From the NCBI RefSeq assembly GCF_009914755.1, contig NC_060947.1: a stretch of DNA of 64,000 nt; one strand, 5' to 3'. Both the position numbers and the translations under genes were made by a program. The notes under the pieces were generated by a model that worked only from the letters and a program-made list of their open reading frames with translations, was not told the origin of the DNA and did not search any database. The stretch is from the human T2T-CHM13v2.0 reference genome, Homo sapiens. Positions within the stretch are counted from its first letter, which is position 1; each line of letters begins with the position of its first letter. Positions 61,552 to 64,000 of the stretch are shown one piece after another.

Positions 61552-64000
61552 TGATGGGATATTTAAGTAGATAGCAGGGTAGGATTTTCCCAGAATGCCT
61601 TGACTTTCTCAGTGACAAAAGAAGCAAGGCTGGATTCCTGGTGAGTTGTCTATATGAGCAGTGAAGTCACTCAGGATGATGTCAGGCCTGGGGAGTGGGG
61701 TGAGAGGAGAGAGGAAGCCTGTGAAACAGATTCCCTAGTACTCAGCAAATGTGTAGGAGTGACCAGGAAGTCAATAAGTGAGGACCATGGGGAAGGAGAA
61801 GGTGTTAGAGCTTCAATGGAGGGTGGAGGGGTAATGAGTTTGAAACAATGTGAAACAATGGGAGTGAGCACAGTGCCAACTCCTTCAGGCCACCTGATGC
61901 AGGGTGTGAGTTGTGTATACGTGTGTATATGTGTGCAGGACAGTGGGGCTGTGACCAAATGAACATGAACAACCTCCACTTGCAATAGCGTCAGAGCGTG
62001 TGATATCCTGGGAGAGACATGGGTTCTGGTAATGAGAGGAGATGGAGGGGCCATCCATGCAGTGACTGAGAGGGTTGAGTAGTATGTTTACAAGGAAGAA
62101 CGTTCCAAGGAGCACACCGACTAACATGGAAAGGGAGGGAAGTAGCAAGAGGAGAAACCCGGGTGTAGGCGTCAGAAGTATAGAGCAGTGCTGGATGGAG
62201 AGAGAAGTACATTCTCGGGGGAGCAGAAGCCTCAGGGGGATTGGCTGCCTGGTAGAAGTTACTACCATTTCAAGATTCCTCCTAGAACTCGAGTACAAAG
62301 AGATTGCTGAGGGGCATACTAAGTTGCTGGGGCCACATAAACAGAGGTGGAGTCTGGTGCTTGAAGACATTTCCTGACTCTGGTCAGGGAAGCAATCTGT
62401 GGCTTCGGGTTTTTTTTTTTTTTTTTCAAGTTCCCAACACTCAGTGAAAAGTGGGTTTATGCTGGGACAAAACAGCCTTGGAATGAGCAGTTAGCAGGTA
62501 AGCTCATTTACTAGGTCTTCTGGGGAGAGGATGATGGGGAGAATGGGAAGGATCCTCACCTAGGTTTCTTGCTTCCACAAAGCCCAGCTCTGTGTGAACA
62601 GGACAGTGTGGTTCAAGTGGAGTCAGGGTATAGGGGAACAGGCAGCCATGAGGTTTCTTGGGAAGACACAGACCCAAGTACTAATAGCAGAGAATGGGCA
62701 CACAGTCACTGGCTCTGATTTGGGACAGTTCCTGACCTGACAGGGACAGAAAGTGGAATTGGACATCGTTTGAGTGCTTTTTTTGTTTAGCTCATCATCC
62801 TGAGAGCTTAGAGAGCTGGTTAGTGAGGGTGAATACACACAGGGGCAGCTTGGAGTTGCCTGAGTATTACTTGTTTTAGCAAGGAGGTTATATGGCCATG
62901 AGATGGAAAGAACCATTTGAGAATCATGAGTTCCAGGCAGAATGATAGGAATTGAACTGACAGTGGTACCACTGATGGTATGAAGAATTTGAGAAGGAAT
63001 TTGTACTTGCAGGGGGAACTCATTTCAAATGAGCTCATTTCAAAATATTTTTAGTTTTGAGGGTGGTAGGAGCCTCAACAGGGTATGCTCAGAATCCAAC
63101 AGGTAGAGGCCTGAAGTTGGGGCAGCAGGCCAGGGCTTGAGACTTGTAGATCATTCATGTTGAAATCAAAGTCTTGAGAAAACAAAGAGCCCACACAAAC
63201 TAAGGAGCGATCGGAGAAATACAGAAAAAATAGGAAGTCACTGTTCTCAAAAGACAAAGCTCCAGTATGGAGGTGAGAACTGTGAAAATTCTGGTGAGAG
63301 AGGTTGGACAGGCTGAGAACAGAAAAAAAATACTGTCCTGAGGAATACTAAAGAGGAGAGATGAGAGATAGGGGTCAAGGGTGACTTCGGAGCTGGGGAC
63401 ATTTGCTTTAAAACAGCAGTAAAAAGGAGCAAGAGGAGAAGGAGAAATCCACCACACCACCCAAGATTTTTTCTTCGGGAGGGAAGTGTTTACGAGCATT
63501 GGGAAATCTAAGCACAAACCGATCCAATCTTTGCTGTAAGGTTGATGAGTTTCTGTGTACAGATTCCTAGCGTGAGAGATGACTTATATCAGATGTTTAC
63601 ATGTAAAGAAAACCGACTACACAGACACACACATAATCCATACCTTTGAGTCGATTGTTTTATGAACTGCTACAGTGCTCTGTGTGTGTGTGGTGTTTTT
63701 TTGTGTTTTTTTTTTTTTCTTTCCCGATGAGGACAATACAAGGAGAATCCGATTTAAATTTAAATTACAGAGATGGAGATTGAGGCTCCTCCCAAGGGGA
63801 CAACTTATCCTGTTAAGAGACACTGGGGGACGATATTGAGATGGGTTATGAAAGATCAATTCCTATGAAAGATCAATTCCCCTGAGAGCTCTGAGAATAG
63901 GATCAAAGTAGAAAGCGCAGTCTGCCTCTGCTTGGTTACACTGAGCCGATGTTTCTTTAGCCAAAGGCAGTGGGCTAGTTTAGACGGCCTTTCATTCCCG

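Noticed and set aside
61654-63520. ORFs up to 161 aa on both strands
   Set aside because: Purine-skewed ancient LINE (L2-like) sequence; no coherent domain or exon structure seen.

Overview
This is primate, most likely human, X-chromosome DNA (Xq26.3 by gene content) and is dominated by repeats. It contains one intact protein-coding gene, MMGT1 (EMC5), on the minus strand: 4 coding exons (52330-52408, 49791-49843, 46113-46216, 43747-43906) give 131 aa, followed by a ~2.95 kb 3' UTR, with a CpG-island promoter at ~52.2-53.5 kb. An unprocessed CT45-family pseudogene derived from the INTS6L C-terminus lies on the minus strand at ~21.5-25.9 kb, with a second degenerate INTS6L/SAGE-type exon at ~28.8-29.0 kb. 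The rest is a decayed ERV1 pol-env remnant (1-4.3 kb), an ERVL element split by a full-length L1PA (14.6-20.6 kb), an LTR13 nested in an Alu, old L1M/L2/MIR/MER fragments and about 30 Alus. I found no convincing wholly new biological system. The most notable observations are a 77-nt 5' intron that switches an overlapping uORF into a 65-aa N-terminal extension of MMGT1, three identical TGAA>TTAA nonsense changes in one 94-nt pseudo-exon, a cluster of locally templated insertions at 26-29 kb, and a G-quadruplex-type minisatellite in the promoter. Repeat subfamily names and comparisons with CT45A, INTS6L and SAGE1 come from memory, not from a database search.
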